Shown here piece by piece: positions 18,364 to 26,414 of a stretch of DNA of 32,000 bases (position 1 is its first letter; the number at the start of each line of letters is the position of its first letter). The notes below the pieces were generated by a model. It worked only from the letters and a program-made list of their open reading frames with translations. It was not told where the DNA came from and ran no database searches. Source of the stretch: Candidatus Pacearchaeota archaeon (GTDB lineage Archaea > Nanobdellota > Nanobdellia > Pacearchaeales > UBA284); NCBI GenBank assembly GCA_026016245.1, contig CP061211.1:450001-482000 (forward strand), in the 5' to 3' direction. The position numbers and the translations under genes are program-made.

Positions 18364-19374
18364 TTAACTTATATTTTTCTTTTTGCACCACCATTTAAGT
18401 ATCGAAGCATTTCCAAGCCATGTTGAGATCAGGTCAATAAAAAGCCCTGCTGACAAGATGAAGAAAATTTGTTTAAGTACAGAGGATTGGGCTACAAAAA
18501 ATCCTATAAGAACAGCAATTAAAGAGGTTATTGTCATTGTCAAGCCTGTACGAGCTGCTGATTTTATTCTATTGTTTAGCTCTCCCTCTCCTCTTCTCTT
18601 GATAAGTTTTGTTGTTAACATTACATCTGTATCAACACTATAACCAACAAGCATTAAGAAAGCTGCTATGCCTGCTGTTGATATATGAAATCCAAATAAA
18701 TTAGCTATGGTTAAAGCTCCTACAATATCCATGACTGCAGCAAGTATTACAGCTAATGAAGGAACAATTTTTCTAAAAATAATGAAAACAACTAGGCCCA
18801 TGATTACAAATGCTATAGCCAAAGCAATAATCATCTGTTTGTAGAAACTCTCACTTAAACTAGCTCCACTTATCTCTAGACTTGAATTTGAACTATCTAA
18901 TTGATAACCTAGAAATTCTTCAAGAGAGCTGGTTGCAGTTTCAGAATCAGATTTTGTCTCAACTACAATACCTATCTGCTTTCTTGTTGTTATATCCTCT
19001 AATTTCCTTACATTAATATCTTCTAGCTTGCTTGCCAAAGTATTTTCCATATTCTGGAGATCAATCTCTTCTTCAGTATAGATTGTAATGACTGTTCCTC
19101 CTGTCAAAGTCACATCTTTAAACATAATATCACCATGTTGGGCATAAAAAAAGCCAACATAAGCAAAACAAGCAATAAGAATGATAATAGATATTAGAAG
19201 AAGTTTTTTATAATTCTTGTCATACCATTCAGAACCACTAAGCTTTGGTTTTTTAGGTTTTTCTTCTTTCTCTATTTTCTTTTCTAGCTCTTGTTTTGGT
19301 TTTTCTTCCTTTTTCTCTTCTTTTATCTCTGGTTTCCCTTCCCTTCTCTCCTCTGGTTTTTCTTCCTCGTTCAT
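18364..19374 (-). CDS. secF: Protein-export membrane protein SecF
   Basis: Charged N-terminus, then TM and DVTLTGGTVITIYTEEEI; C-terminal GFHISTAGIAAFLMLVGYSVDTDVMLTTKLIKR...AARTGLTMTITSLIAVLIGFF. Directly upstream of secD. Confidence 0.93.
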   Translation of the reverse strand: MNEEEKPEERREGKPEIKEEKKEEKPKQELEKKIEKEEKPKKPKLSGSEWYDKNYKKLLLISIIILIACFAYVGFFYAQHGDIMFKDVTLTGGTVITIYTEEEIDLQNMENTLASKLEDINVRKLEDITTRKQIGIVVETKSDSETATSSLEEFLGYQLDSSNSSLEISGASLSESFYKQMIIALAIAFVIMGLVVFIIFRKIVPSLAVILAAVMDIVGALTIANLFGFHISTAGIAAFLMLVGYSVDTDVMLTTKLIKRRGEGELNNRIKSAARTGLTMTITSLIAVLIGFFVAQSSVLKQIFFILSAGLFIDLISTWLGNASILKWWCKKKNIS

Positions 19375-19448
19375 TTTAATGTTTAGGTATTTTAATTTAA
19401 AAACTTTCTCACTAAGATTTTTAAAGAAAATTTTCCTGTTATTTATAG

Positions 19449-19565
19449 GCGCCAGTAGTCTAATGGTAGGACATTAGCCTTCCAAATAAGGGCAAGCCCT
19501 TATCAACCCAAATGCTTACCTAATAAAGAAAGCTAATGATCTGGGTTCGAGTCCCGGCTGGCGCA
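19449..19565 (+). tRNA. tRNA-Gly(UCC) with an intron of about 46 nt at 37/38 (about 19485-19530)
   Basis: Acceptor GCGCCAG/CTGGCGC, D arm GTCTAATGGTAGGAC, anticodon stem TTAGC/GCTAA with spliced loop CTTCCAA (anticodon TCC), T arm CTGGG-TTCGAGT-CCCGG, discriminator A, no encoded CCA. Confidence 0.93.
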
Positions 19566-19620
19566 TATTTTTCTATAGTCTTTTCGATAATCTTAAATAT
19601 AAATTATTCATTCTGATATT

Positions 19621-20847
19621 ATGGTTTTTAATTTTTTAAAACGCAAGAAAGAAAAAAAAGAAATTACTTTCCCTGAACTAGAAAAATGGTTAGACGAAGA
19701 TGGAAATGTTATAGATATTTTAAACAAATTTAAACAAAAAACTGAAACATACTTTGAACAGATAAATGAAGCTCTTAATAGAATAAAGGAAAATTTAATA
19801 GCATTAAAATCAGTAAAGCTTACCGATAGAAAAGTTAATGAAAGAATTAAATTGATGGTATTACAGAATAGAGATGTTTATGTTAAATATCTTGAAAAAT
19901 TAATAGCTGCTATTGAAAAGCAGACAGAAAAAAGTAATAGTTTAAAGGAAATTGAAGATTTTGTTGTTTTTACTTCCACACAACTTGATAACTTTTCAAA
20001 ACAGAGTTTTAGGAATTTTCACATAATGACAGAACTCATAGGTAAAGAATCAGAAATTATTGTTAGGGACATAAAAAAAATCAACAATGTAATTAACAAA
20101 CTACAAAAAATTGATAAGAAGGAAATCAAAGTGATTGAAGATATTAAAGAAAATATAAAAGATATCAACAGAAAAAAAGAGAGAAATCAAAGCTTAATAA
20201 TAAATCTTGAAAAAAATCAAAAAAAGATAGCTGATATTAATGATAAGATAAAAGATGCTGAAAAAAAGAATGAAAAAATCAAAAAAAGTGATGATTGGAA
20301 AAAAAGAGAGATGCTAGCAGAGAAAGTTAGTTTATTAAAAAAAGAGCTTGCTAAAAATGATGTTGAAGCAAAAGCGCTTTTCTTGTCAATAGAAAAAGCA
20401 ATTAAAAAATATGCTTGGAAAGAGAAAGATAAAAAATTACTTGATTACATTAAAAATCCGATTGCAAGACTTAAAGAAGATAAGGAACTTAAAATAGTTC
20501 GTACCTTAGAAGAGATTGAAACAGATATAAAAGAAGGTAGTATAAAACTTGATAAAAGAACAGAATCTAGAATATTAAAAAATATTAAGGTTCTTAGTAA
20601 GGAAAAATTGAACGAATTCTTAAATAAAAAAGAAGAATTAAAACAGAATATTCAAAAATTTAGTGTAGAGGTTGATAGTATTAAAATTGTGTTTATAAGT
20701 TTAACAGAACTAAATAATAAAAAAGATGAAATTACCCAAGAAATTCTGAAACTTGAAAAAATGAAAAAAGATTTTGAGCAAGAAATAATTAACAGAAAAA
20801 ATGAAATTAAAGTTATTATAGAAACTATCGGTGGGAATCTAAAATGA
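19621..20847 (+). CDS. Hypothetical protein with extensive coiled coil
   Basis: 408 aa, Lys/Glu-rich heptad-like helices (NLEKNQKKIADINDKIKDAEKKNEKIKKSDDWKKREMLAEKVSLLKKEL...). Good start context and tightly coupled to the downstream gene. Confidence 0.75.
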   Translation: MVFNFLKRKKEKKEITFPELEKWLDEDGNVIDILNKFKQKTETYFEQINEALNRIKENLIALKSVKLTDRKVNERIKLMVLQNRDVYVKYLEKLIAAIEKQTEKSNSLKEIEDFVVFTSTQLDNFSKQSFRNFHIMTELIGKESEIIVRDIKKINNVINKLQKIDKKEIKVIEDIKENIKDINRKKERNQSLIINLEKNQKKIADINDKIKDAEKKNEKIKKSDDWKKREMLAEKVSLLKKELAKNDVEAKALFLSIEKAIKKYAWKEKDKKLLDYIKNPIARLKEDKELKIVRTLEEIETDIKEGSIKLDKRTESRILKNIKVLSKEKLNEFLNKKEELKQNIQKFSVEVDSIKIVFISLTELNNKKDEITQEILKLEKMKKDFEQEIINRKNEIKVIIETIGGNLK

Positions 20848-21320
20848 AAATATCAATAAGAAAGGGGTTTGGTTTTGGGCTTACTTCTGGAATCATCACC
20901 ACTCTTGGCTTGATTGTGGGGCTATATTCAGGAACTCACTCTAAACTGATTGTTTTAAGTGGAATCTTAGTCATAGCAATAGCTGATGCCTTCTCAGATT
21001 CTTTAGGCATTCATATTTCTGAAGAAGCAGGAAGTAAAACTACTACAACAAAGGAAATTTGGGAAAGCACTTTTTCCACTTTCTTGTTCAAACTTCTTTT
21101 TGCTTTAATTTTTATTATTCCAATCTTACTTTTAGAATTGCAGACAGCGATAATTGCTAGTGTTATTATTGGTCTATTTCTTATCTCTGTCTTTAGTTAT
21201 TATGTGGCCAAGAGCAAAAAATTAAATTCCACCAAAGCAGTAGTTGAGCATTTGATTATAGCTATAGCTGTGATAGTAATAACTCATTTTATTGGAGATT
21301 TGGCCTCAAAAATTATTTAG
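20844..21320 (+). CDS. VIT1/CCC1-family-like membrane protein
   Basis: 158 aa; GFGFGLTSGIITTLGLIVGLYSGTHSKLIVLSGILVIAIADAFSDSLGIHISEEAG resembles the VIT family N-terminal region (AxxDGxxxxxG... S.S.G.Y.S). Confidence 0.75.
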   Translation: MKISIRKGFGFGLTSGIITTLGLIVGLYSGTHSKLIVLSGILVIAIADAFSDSLGIHISEEAGSKTTTTKEIWESTFSTFLFKLLFALIFIIPILLLELQTAIIASVIIGLFLISVFSYYVAKSKKLNSTKAVVEHLIIAIAVIVITHFIGDLASKII

Positions 21321-21331
21321 AACTCTGGAAA

Positions 21332-21577
21332 TTAATATCTAATTTCTAAATTTCTTGATTTTGCTTCCCTGATTAATGAAGAAGGACATCTCCTGTTAGA
21401 AAAAGCACATACCAAACAACATTTCGCTTGTGGGGTTTCTACTTTTTTCTTACATTTTTTGCATTCGATAGAATAAATTCCTTTTTCTGAGGAAACATAA
21501 ATCCGATTGCCTTTTCCACAAAAAGGGCATTTTATCGTTACTGTTTTTGGTATTTTCATAATTCTTTTTCTAGCCAT
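21332..21577 (-). CDS. Small Cys-rich (zinc-ribbon-like) protein
   Basis: MARKRIMKIPKTVTIKCPFCGKGNRIYVSSEKGIYSIECKKCKKKVETPQAKCCLVCAFSNRRCPSSLIREAK has CxxC...CxxC pairs. The start is placed at the internal Met because the longer ORF runs into the tRNA-Arg gene. Confidence 0.65.
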   Translation of the reverse strand: MARKRIMKIPKTVTIKCPFCGKGNRIYVSSEKGIYSIECKKCKKKVETPQAKCCLVCAFSNRRCPSSLIREAKSRNLEIRY

Positions 21578-21592
21578 TTTGAAATTAAAAAA

Positions 21593-21666
21593 CGCTCCCG
21601 GTGGGAGTTGAACCCACAACCTACAGCTTAGGAGGCTGTCGCGCTATCCAATTGCGCCACGGGAGC
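21593..21666 (-). tRNA. tRNA-Arg(CCU)
   Basis: GCTCCCG...GCGCAATTGGATAGCGC..ACAGC-CTCCTAA-GCTGT..GTGGG-TTCAACT-CCCAC-CGGGAGC-G. Full cloverleaf, anticodon CCT. Confidence 0.95.
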
Positions 21667-21667
21667 A

Positions 21668-21751
21668 TGCGGGAGACAGGATTCGAACCTGCGTAGGCAC
21701 TAAGCCAATGGATCTTGAGTCCATCCCGTTTGACCACTCCGGCACTCCCGC
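21668..21751 (-). tRNA. tRNA-Leu(CAA)
   Basis: GCGGGAG...ATGGA-CTCAAGA-TCCAT...long variable arm...GCAGG-TTCGAAT-CCTGT-CTCCCGC-A. Anticodon CAA. Confidence 0.95.
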
Positions 21752-21800
21752 ATAATAGAATTAGTTATTCTTTACTTATAAAATTTTAGAAACAGTTATA

Positions 21801-21905
21801 GAAGGTAGAAAGGATCTAGGTAATCTTCCGAAGAAGATATTAAGTAAGCACCGAAGTGCCATACTGCAAATCCTAGATTATCCCCACCTTCTCTTCTTGT
21901 GGGAG
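21801..21905 (-). ncRNA. Candidate structured RNA of unknown class (three-way junction with two UUCG-capped hairpins)
   Basis: On the minus strand: outer stem GAAGGU/ACCUUC, stem AUCUAGG/CCUAGAU type pairing, hairpin AGUAUG-GCAC-UUCG-GUGC-UUACU and hairpin UAAUA-UCUUC-UUCG-GAAGA-UUA. Confidence 0.55.
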
Positions 21906-21970
21906 TTTTTATTTATTTAAAATTTTTGGTATTAGAAAAGATTTAAAAGTCTTTTTTGGTTTATATTTAT

Positions 21971-22083
<113 letters not shown>

Positions 22084-22101
22084 TTTCTTTAATATGATAA
22101 A

Positions 22102-22401
22102 ATGAGAAAAGAAGCTGATAAATTAATTCTTGATAATATTTGGAAGTTATTCATGTTCGCAAAAAAAGAGTCTAAAAAAAGACCAAAGCTTGCAAAAAAA
22201 TATGTTATGATGGTAAGGAAGCTAGCTAAAAGAAGTAATATTTCTTTGAGAAAGTATAGGAGAAAATTTTGCCATAAATGTAATGCTTATTTTGTTCCTG
22301 GCAAAAATATCAAAATTAGAATATCTAAAGGTAAGGTTTCTGTGAAATGTCTTGAATGCGGTCATTATTCTAGATATGTTTTGAAAGGAGGTATAAAATA
22401 G
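22102..22401 (+). CDS. rnp4: Ribonuclease P protein component 4 (Rpp21/Rpr2)
   Basis: 99 aa; RRKFCHKCNAYFVPGKNIKIRISKGKVSVKCLECGHYSRYVLKGG has the CxxC...CxxC zinc site and family layout. Confidence 0.85.
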   Translation: MRKEADKLILDNIWKLFMFAKKESKKRPKLAKKYVMMVRKLAKRSNISLRKYRRKFCHKCNAYFVPGKNIKIRISKGKVSVKCLECGHYSRYVLKGGIK

Positions 22402-22402
22402 A

Positions 22403-22561
22403 ATGGCTTTTTTAAGCGTGGGTATCTCAGGACTTATTTTAGGAATACTTGCCATTATCTTTGGTATATTGGTTTTGACTTTTCCTAAAATATTGAGGTA
22501 TTTAGTTGGATTTTATTTTGTAATAGTAGGTATTATTGCAGTAATTAATGCTGTGTTGTAA
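22403..22561 (+). CDS. 52-aa membrane protein, DUF3096-like
   Basis: MAFLSVGISGLILGILAIIFGILVLTFPKILRYLVGFYFVIVGIIAVINAVL*, two TM segments. Preceded by the preceding gene's GGAGG-like sequence. Below the length cutoff of the ORF track. Confidence 0.6.
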   Translation: MAFLSVGISGLILGILAIIFGILVLTFPKILRYLVGFYFVIVGIIAVINAVL

Positions 22562-22567
22562 AAAGAA

Positions 22568-22765
22568 TTAGAATTTTTTGAATTTGCTTGTTAGCTCTAG
22601 CAAATCAACATGTCCTAAAAATATTGCCCTACAGCAATATCTTTCTAATCCTAGATCATCTAGCACTTTTTTAGGATCTTCACCTCTTGACACTCTTTCT
22701 TTGAATTTTTTCCATAAATGTGCTATAGGCTTACCACATGAAAAACATCTTATTGGGATTATCAT
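22568..22765 (-). CDS. rpoN: DNA-directed RNA polymerase subunit N (Rpb10 homolog)
   Basis: [21 protein letters not shown]...[23 protein letters not shown] is the canonical archaeal RpoN. Confidence 0.96.
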   Translation of the reverse strand: MIIPIRCFSCGKPIAHLWKKFKERVSRGEDPKKVLDDLGLERYCCRAIFLGHVDLLELTSKFKKF

Positions 22766-22807
22766 CTTATTCTTTATGTTTGTTCTTAATGATTTTTATT
22801 TTTAAAT

Positions 22808-23248
22808 TTATCTATAGGATTTTTGTCTTTTTCTCCTAGCTTTGCTGTCCCCTGGCTTATACATCTCCTTATGTCTGGTATCAGCAATAAGCAAAGATCT
22901 GTCATAATTTAGGAATGCCTTTTTTAGCTCCTGATTTTTTGTGAAAACTACCAAAGCGCGTGCTATAGCCAGCCTAGAAGCCTCTACCTGGCTTTCTACT
23001 CCGCCACCCCTCACTGCTACTTCAATATCTATCTCTTTCAGCTCTTCTTTAAGTATGTTTTCTGCTATCATTAATGGCTCTTTTAAAATTAAGTTTTGGA
23101 ATTTAGTAAAGAGATCTATTGGTTTTTGATTTATCCTAATTATGCCTGTTCCTGGCTTGATTGTTGCTCTAGCAACACTTCTCTTACGCATGCCACTAAC
23201 CACTATTATTTTTGGTTTCTTTTCTTTTGTTTTGGATTTTCTTGGCAT
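22808..23248 (-). CDS. rps9: 30S ribosomal protein S9 (uS9)
   Basis: SGMRKRSVARATIKPGTGIIRINQKPID... ending LLIADTRHKEMYKPGDSKARRKRQKSYR. Confidence 0.96.
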   Translation of the reverse strand: MPRKSKTKEKKPKIIVVSGMRKRSVARATIKPGTGIIRINQKPIDLFTKFQNLILKEPLMIAENILKEELKEIDIEVAVRGGGVESQVEASRLAIARALVVFTKNQELKKAFLNYDRSLLIADTRHKEMYKPGDSKARRKRQKSYR

Positions 23249-23255
23249 TTTTATT

Positions 23256-23678
23256 TTATTTTTGTCTTATTAATTCACTTAATCTGCCTAGTGTGATAAA
23301 ATTTAATGCTTCTCTCTTGAATACAGATATTTTTTCATCATTAGTGTATTTTTCAGGCATCCCTTCATAACACTTGACACGTTTGAAAGCCTCTCTTCCT
23401 TTTGTTTTTTTCCAGCCTATCATTCCTCTTATAGCTCTCCTTAACATTGCCTCTGATTTTCTGGGAAAAAGAGGCCCTTTTTGTACTCCTCTACCAAGCC
23501 TAAATTTCTTTAGATAGCTTTCTAGTATTTGTTTTGGTCTTCCGATGATTATTGCCTCTTCACTATTAACTATAATGATAAAATTGCCCTGCAAAGCTTT
23601 TTTAGCAGCAAAACTAGAAAGCCTGCCAACTACAGCTCCTTTTGCGTCAATAATAATTTCTTTTATTTTTTCTTTCAT
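23256..23678 (-). CDS. rpl13: 50S ribosomal protein L13 (uL13)
   Basis: IIIDAKGAVVGRLSSFAAKKALQGN..., RRAIRGMIGWKKTKGREAFKRVKCYEGMP. Confidence 0.96.
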   Translation of the reverse strand: MKEKIKEIIIDAKGAVVGRLSSFAAKKALQGNFIIIVNSEEAIIIGRPKQILESYLKKFRLGRGVQKGPLFPRKSEAMLRRAIRGMIGWKKTKGREAFKRVKCYEGMPEKYTNDEKISVFKREALNFITLGRLSELIRQK

Positions 23679-23679
23679 T

Positions 23680-24063
23680 TTATATGATTATTCTTACATT
23701 TAGTCCTTTAAATTTAGATATTTTTTCAGCCAACTCTTTTATAGATAAAAGCTCGGCTTTTTTGGTAAGTCTTTTTTTTGCTTTATCGGAAAATTTAAAT
23801 GCAGCTATGATCAATTTGTGATTTAAAGTGCCTCTACTTAATATTTTTCCTGGAACAATCACAACTTCATCTCCTTCAGTCAGCTTGTTTATTTTATCTA
23901 TATTAACGCTGATTGCTTTTTTTCTTGGTCTTGATAAATACTTGGCTGTTTGATGCCATAGAGGCTTTTTTTGTTTGTTTAGAAAAATAACTAAGTCTTT
24001 TACTTCAGGATCTGTTTTTTTGCTTATTCTTTTCCTTATTCTTGTTTTGCTGATTTTTTTCAT
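23680..24063 (-). CDS. rpl18e: 50S ribosomal protein L18e (eL18)
   Basis: WHQTAKYLSRPRKKAISVNIDKINKLTEGDEVVIVPGKILSRGTLNHKLIIAAFKFSDKAKKRL. Confidence 0.94.
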   Translation of the reverse strand: MKKISKTRIRKRISKKTDPEVKDLVIFLNKQKKPLWHQTAKYLSRPRKKAISVNIDKINKLTEGDEVVIVPGKILSRGTLNHKLIIAAFKFSDKAKKRLTKKAELLSIKELAEKISKFKGLNVRIII

Positions 24064-24069
24064 TTTCTA

Positions 24070-24153
24070 TGCGGAAGACAGGATTCGAACCTGCGTAGGC
24101 ACTAAGCCACATGGACCTTAGCCATGCCCGTTTGACCACTCCGGCACTCCCGC
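24070..24153 (-). tRNA. tRNA-Leu with anticodon AAG
   Basis: GCGGGAG...CATGG-CTAAGGT-CCATG...GCAGG-TTCGAAT-CCTGT-CTTCCGC-A. 84 nt, aligning without gaps to tRNA-Leu(CAA) at 21668-21751. Anticodon positions 34-36 read AAG. Confidence 0.88.
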
Positions 24154-24168
24154 GCCATTATTTGCTTA

Positions 24169-24963
24169 TTATTTTGTGGTCTTAAATTTTTTAATCTGCT
24201 TCTCAAATTCTTTGAGATTATTATCTAAACTATTTATAGCATCAACAAATATTTCTTCTGATTTAAGCTGACCAAAACTTTCTATATAAAAAATAAAGTC
24301 TTCCTCACTTGGCTTTATGCTTATAGAACATTTTTCTTTATTTTTTAAGAATTCAACACAAGCTTCACAAATATCACATTTAAGAGGATCAATTATTAAT
24401 TTTTTATCTTTAAAGCTGATTGCCTTTCTAGGACAAATATCAATGCATTCTGTACATTCAGAACAACCTTTTATGTCAATAATAGGAAATGAATTAAACC
24501 ATACTAACCCTGGTGTAAATTTTGCATGCTCTCTACCTGTTCCTAATGTGGCTTGCGCAGTTAATTGAAGCTCTTGATCTTTAGCAAGTAAGACAATAGG
24601 CATCTCAGGATAAACTATTTCCATACCTTTTGTTTTCAGGTCTTTAGCATTTACCATAGCAGGTCCTTTTGCCTTAAGCTTAAGTGCTGCAGTGCATTTT
24701 AGACAGCCTTTTCCCTTACAAGTACATTTTTTCCTTGGTGTAAATGTTTTTGTTGATTTTAGTGGAATCAGGCCTATCCTATGAGCAAGCATCTCATCAT
24801 AAAGAGCTGAATCATTCTTGGAAAACTCAACTGTATCAATAGCTAGTATAGGAATTTCAAGAACATTCCTCCTAATTGAATTTGCTATGCTATTATTTAT
24901 TCCTTTAACCAAAAAACTTATCTTTTCCTTAGTTTTAGATATTTTTTCTATTTTTATTGCCAT
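24169..24963 (-). CDS. rpoD: DNA-directed RNA polymerase subunit D (Rpb3 homolog) with ferredoxin-like Cys-rich insert
   Basis: FLVKGINNSIANSIRRNVLEIPILAIDTVEFSKNDSALYDEMLAHRIGLIPL; insert CSECTECIDICPRKAI...CDICEACVEFLKNKEKC. Confidence 0.95.
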   Translation of the reverse strand: MAIKIEKISKTKEKISFLVKGINNSIANSIRRNVLEIPILAIDTVEFSKNDSALYDEMLAHRIGLIPLKSTKTFTPRKKCTCKGKGCLKCTAALKLKAKGPAMVNAKDLKTKGMEIVYPEMPIVLLAKDQELQLTAQATLGTGREHAKFTPGLVWFNSFPIIDIKGCSECTECIDICPRKAISFKDKKLIIDPLKCDICEACVEFLKNKEKCSISIKPSEEDFIFYIESFGQLKSEEIFVDAINSLDNNLKEFEKQIKKFKTTK

Positions 24964-25358
24964 TATACTCTCCTTCCCCTTTTACCGCCTTTTGGCTTAG
25001 GACCTCCCCTTGGCATCGGTGTTACATCTGTAATATTCAGGATTTTTAAACCTTGTCTTGCCAGACTTTTGATAGCAGCATTTGCTCCAGGCCCAGGAGA
25101 TGGAGATAACTTGCCTCCTTTTCCTGAAACTCTCACATATATAGCCCTAATCCCCTGATCTTTTGCTTTTTCAGCTGCTCTTTTTGCAGTAAACATAGCA
25201 ACAGTGGGATTAGCCTTTAGTCTATCGTGTTTTGTAACCTCGCCACCTGAAATTAAAGCTATGGTGCTCCCTGCCATGTCTGTAATATGAACTATAGTAT
25301 TATTATAAGTAGCTCTAATATAAGCTATCCCAGTCCCTTCTAATTTCTTTTCTGCCAT
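24963..25358 (-). CDS. rps11: 30S ribosomal protein S11 (uS11)
   Basis: GIAYIRATYNNTIVHITDMAGSTIALISGG...PRGGPKPKGGKRGRRV. Confidence 0.96.
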   Translation of the reverse strand: MAEKKLEGTGIAYIRATYNNTIVHITDMAGSTIALISGGEVTKHDRLKANPTVAMFTAKRAAEKAKDQGIRAIYVRVSGKGGKLSPSPGPGANAAIKSLARQGLKILNITDVTPMPRGGPKPKGGKRGRRV

Positions 25359-25359
25359 T

Positions 25360-25908
25360 TTATTTTACTTCCTCCTTCTTTTCCTTTTTCTCTTCTTTTT
25401 CTTCCTTTACTTCTTCTTTAGGTTTTTCTTCTACTGGTCTCTCTTTTTTGATTTTTTTGACAGCAGAGATTTTATTTTCCTCTTCTGTTCTTACAATATA
25501 TCCAGGGACATCCATTATTTTATCCCCTACTTTTATTTTTCTATGAACAATCAGCTGTCTTGCCCCTTTAAGTGTTTTTGCGATTCCTTTTTTGAAAACA
25601 ACTGTCTGTAATCTTCTTTCAAATAATCTTTCCTTTGTCAGGGCAAGAATATCATCAATAGTTGCATCTTTATTTACCAAGCCCAGCCTTATGAGACGAT
25701 TAATAAAAGTCTCTTTTTGCTCAGGTTGTAGAATTAATTTTTTGGCTTGAGAACGAATTCTATCTATATAGTTCTCTGAACGCCATATCTCTTTTTTGTT
25801 CTTTAAACCATATTTCCTGATAAAAGCTTTTTCTTCCTGTATTCGTGATTTGTCAAATGGTGTTTTTGGTCTTGAATATTTTTTGTGCTGTCTTTTTGGA
25901 TCTCCCAT
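25360..25908 (-). CDS. rps4: 30S ribosomal protein S4 (uS4)
   Basis: MGDPKRQHKKYSRPKTPFDKSRIQEEKAFIRKYGLKNKKEIW...RRLQTVVFKKGIAKTLKGARQLIVHRKIKVGDKIMDVPGYIV. Confidence 0.96.
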   Translation of the reverse strand: MGDPKRQHKKYSRPKTPFDKSRIQEEKAFIRKYGLKNKKEIWRSENYIDRIRSQAKKLILQPEQKETFINRLIRLGLVNKDATIDDILALTKERLFERRLQTVVFKKGIAKTLKGARQLIVHRKIKVGDKIMDVPGYIVRTEEENKISAVKKIKKERPVEEKPKEEVKEEKEEKKEKKEEVK

Positions 25909-25916
25909 TTTCTATC

Positions 25917-26414
25917 TTATCTTTTTTTTCCTGGTTTAACTTTAGCTCTACTTACACCTATGGCTTTTCCTTTTCTAAAATGTGCTCTAGTGCGCTGGCC
26001 TCTTACAGGCAATCCTGCAGCATGTCTAACCCCTTTATAGCTTTTGATTTTTTTCATTCTTCTTATGTCAAATTCTCTCCTTAGATCAAGTTCTGTGGTG
26101 ATAAGATGTTTATCAATTCCAGATTCAATGTCTTTTCTTCTGTTAAGAAGCCATGTTGGAAGATTGGGGTTTTTGATAAAGGCTAGTATTTTTCCTATCT
26201 CTTCCTCACTTAAGTCAGAGATTTTTCTGTTCTTATTAATTTTAAGATTCTTGCAGACAGCGTTAGAAAATGTCCATGATACCCCTTTTATTTTTGTTAA
26301 GCCAGCATAGACAGATAATTTTCCTGGGATATCAGTTGCAGCAATTCTTACTAAAATTTCTGCTTCTTTTGATTCTTCTTTTTTTTCTGCCTCTTCTGCC
26401 ATTTTAAGCTGCAA
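25917..26414 (-). CDS. rps13: 30S ribosomal protein S13 (uS13)
   Basis: VRIAATDIPGKLSVYAGLTKIKGVSWTFSNAVC...YKGVRHAAGLPVRGQRTRAHFRKGKAIGVSR. The true start may be the internal Met at about 26402. Confidence 0.95.
   Translation of the reverse strand: MQLKMAEEAEKKEESKEAEILVRIAATDIPGKLSVYAGLTKIKGVSWTFSNAVCKNLKINKNRKISDLSEEEIGKILAFIKNPNLPTWLLNRRKDIESGIDKHLITTELDLRREFDIRRMKKIKSYKGVRHAAGLPVRGQRTRAHFRKGKAIGVSRAKVKPGKKR

Noticed and set aside
21578-21619. N-terminal extension MWVQLPPGAFFNFK of the Cys-rich protein
   Set aside because: It reads into the tRNA-Arg gene (21593-21666); the internal Met at 21577 is a more plausible start.
21801-21891. Hammerhead ribozyme, RNase P RNA or SRP RNA identity for the structured element
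   Set aside because: No CUGAUGA/GAAA core on either strand, no GAGGAAAGUC-type or SRP S-domain conserved motif, and the element is too short for RNase P or archaeal SRP RNA.
22222-22455. 77-aa minus-strand ORF opposite rnp4
   Set aside because: Antisense to the RNase P protein gene, no recognisable domain.
26044-26310. Plus-strand ORFs opposite rps13 and neighbouring ribosomal genes
   Set aside because: Opposite highly conserved ribosomal protein genes; no evidence beyond openness of the frame.
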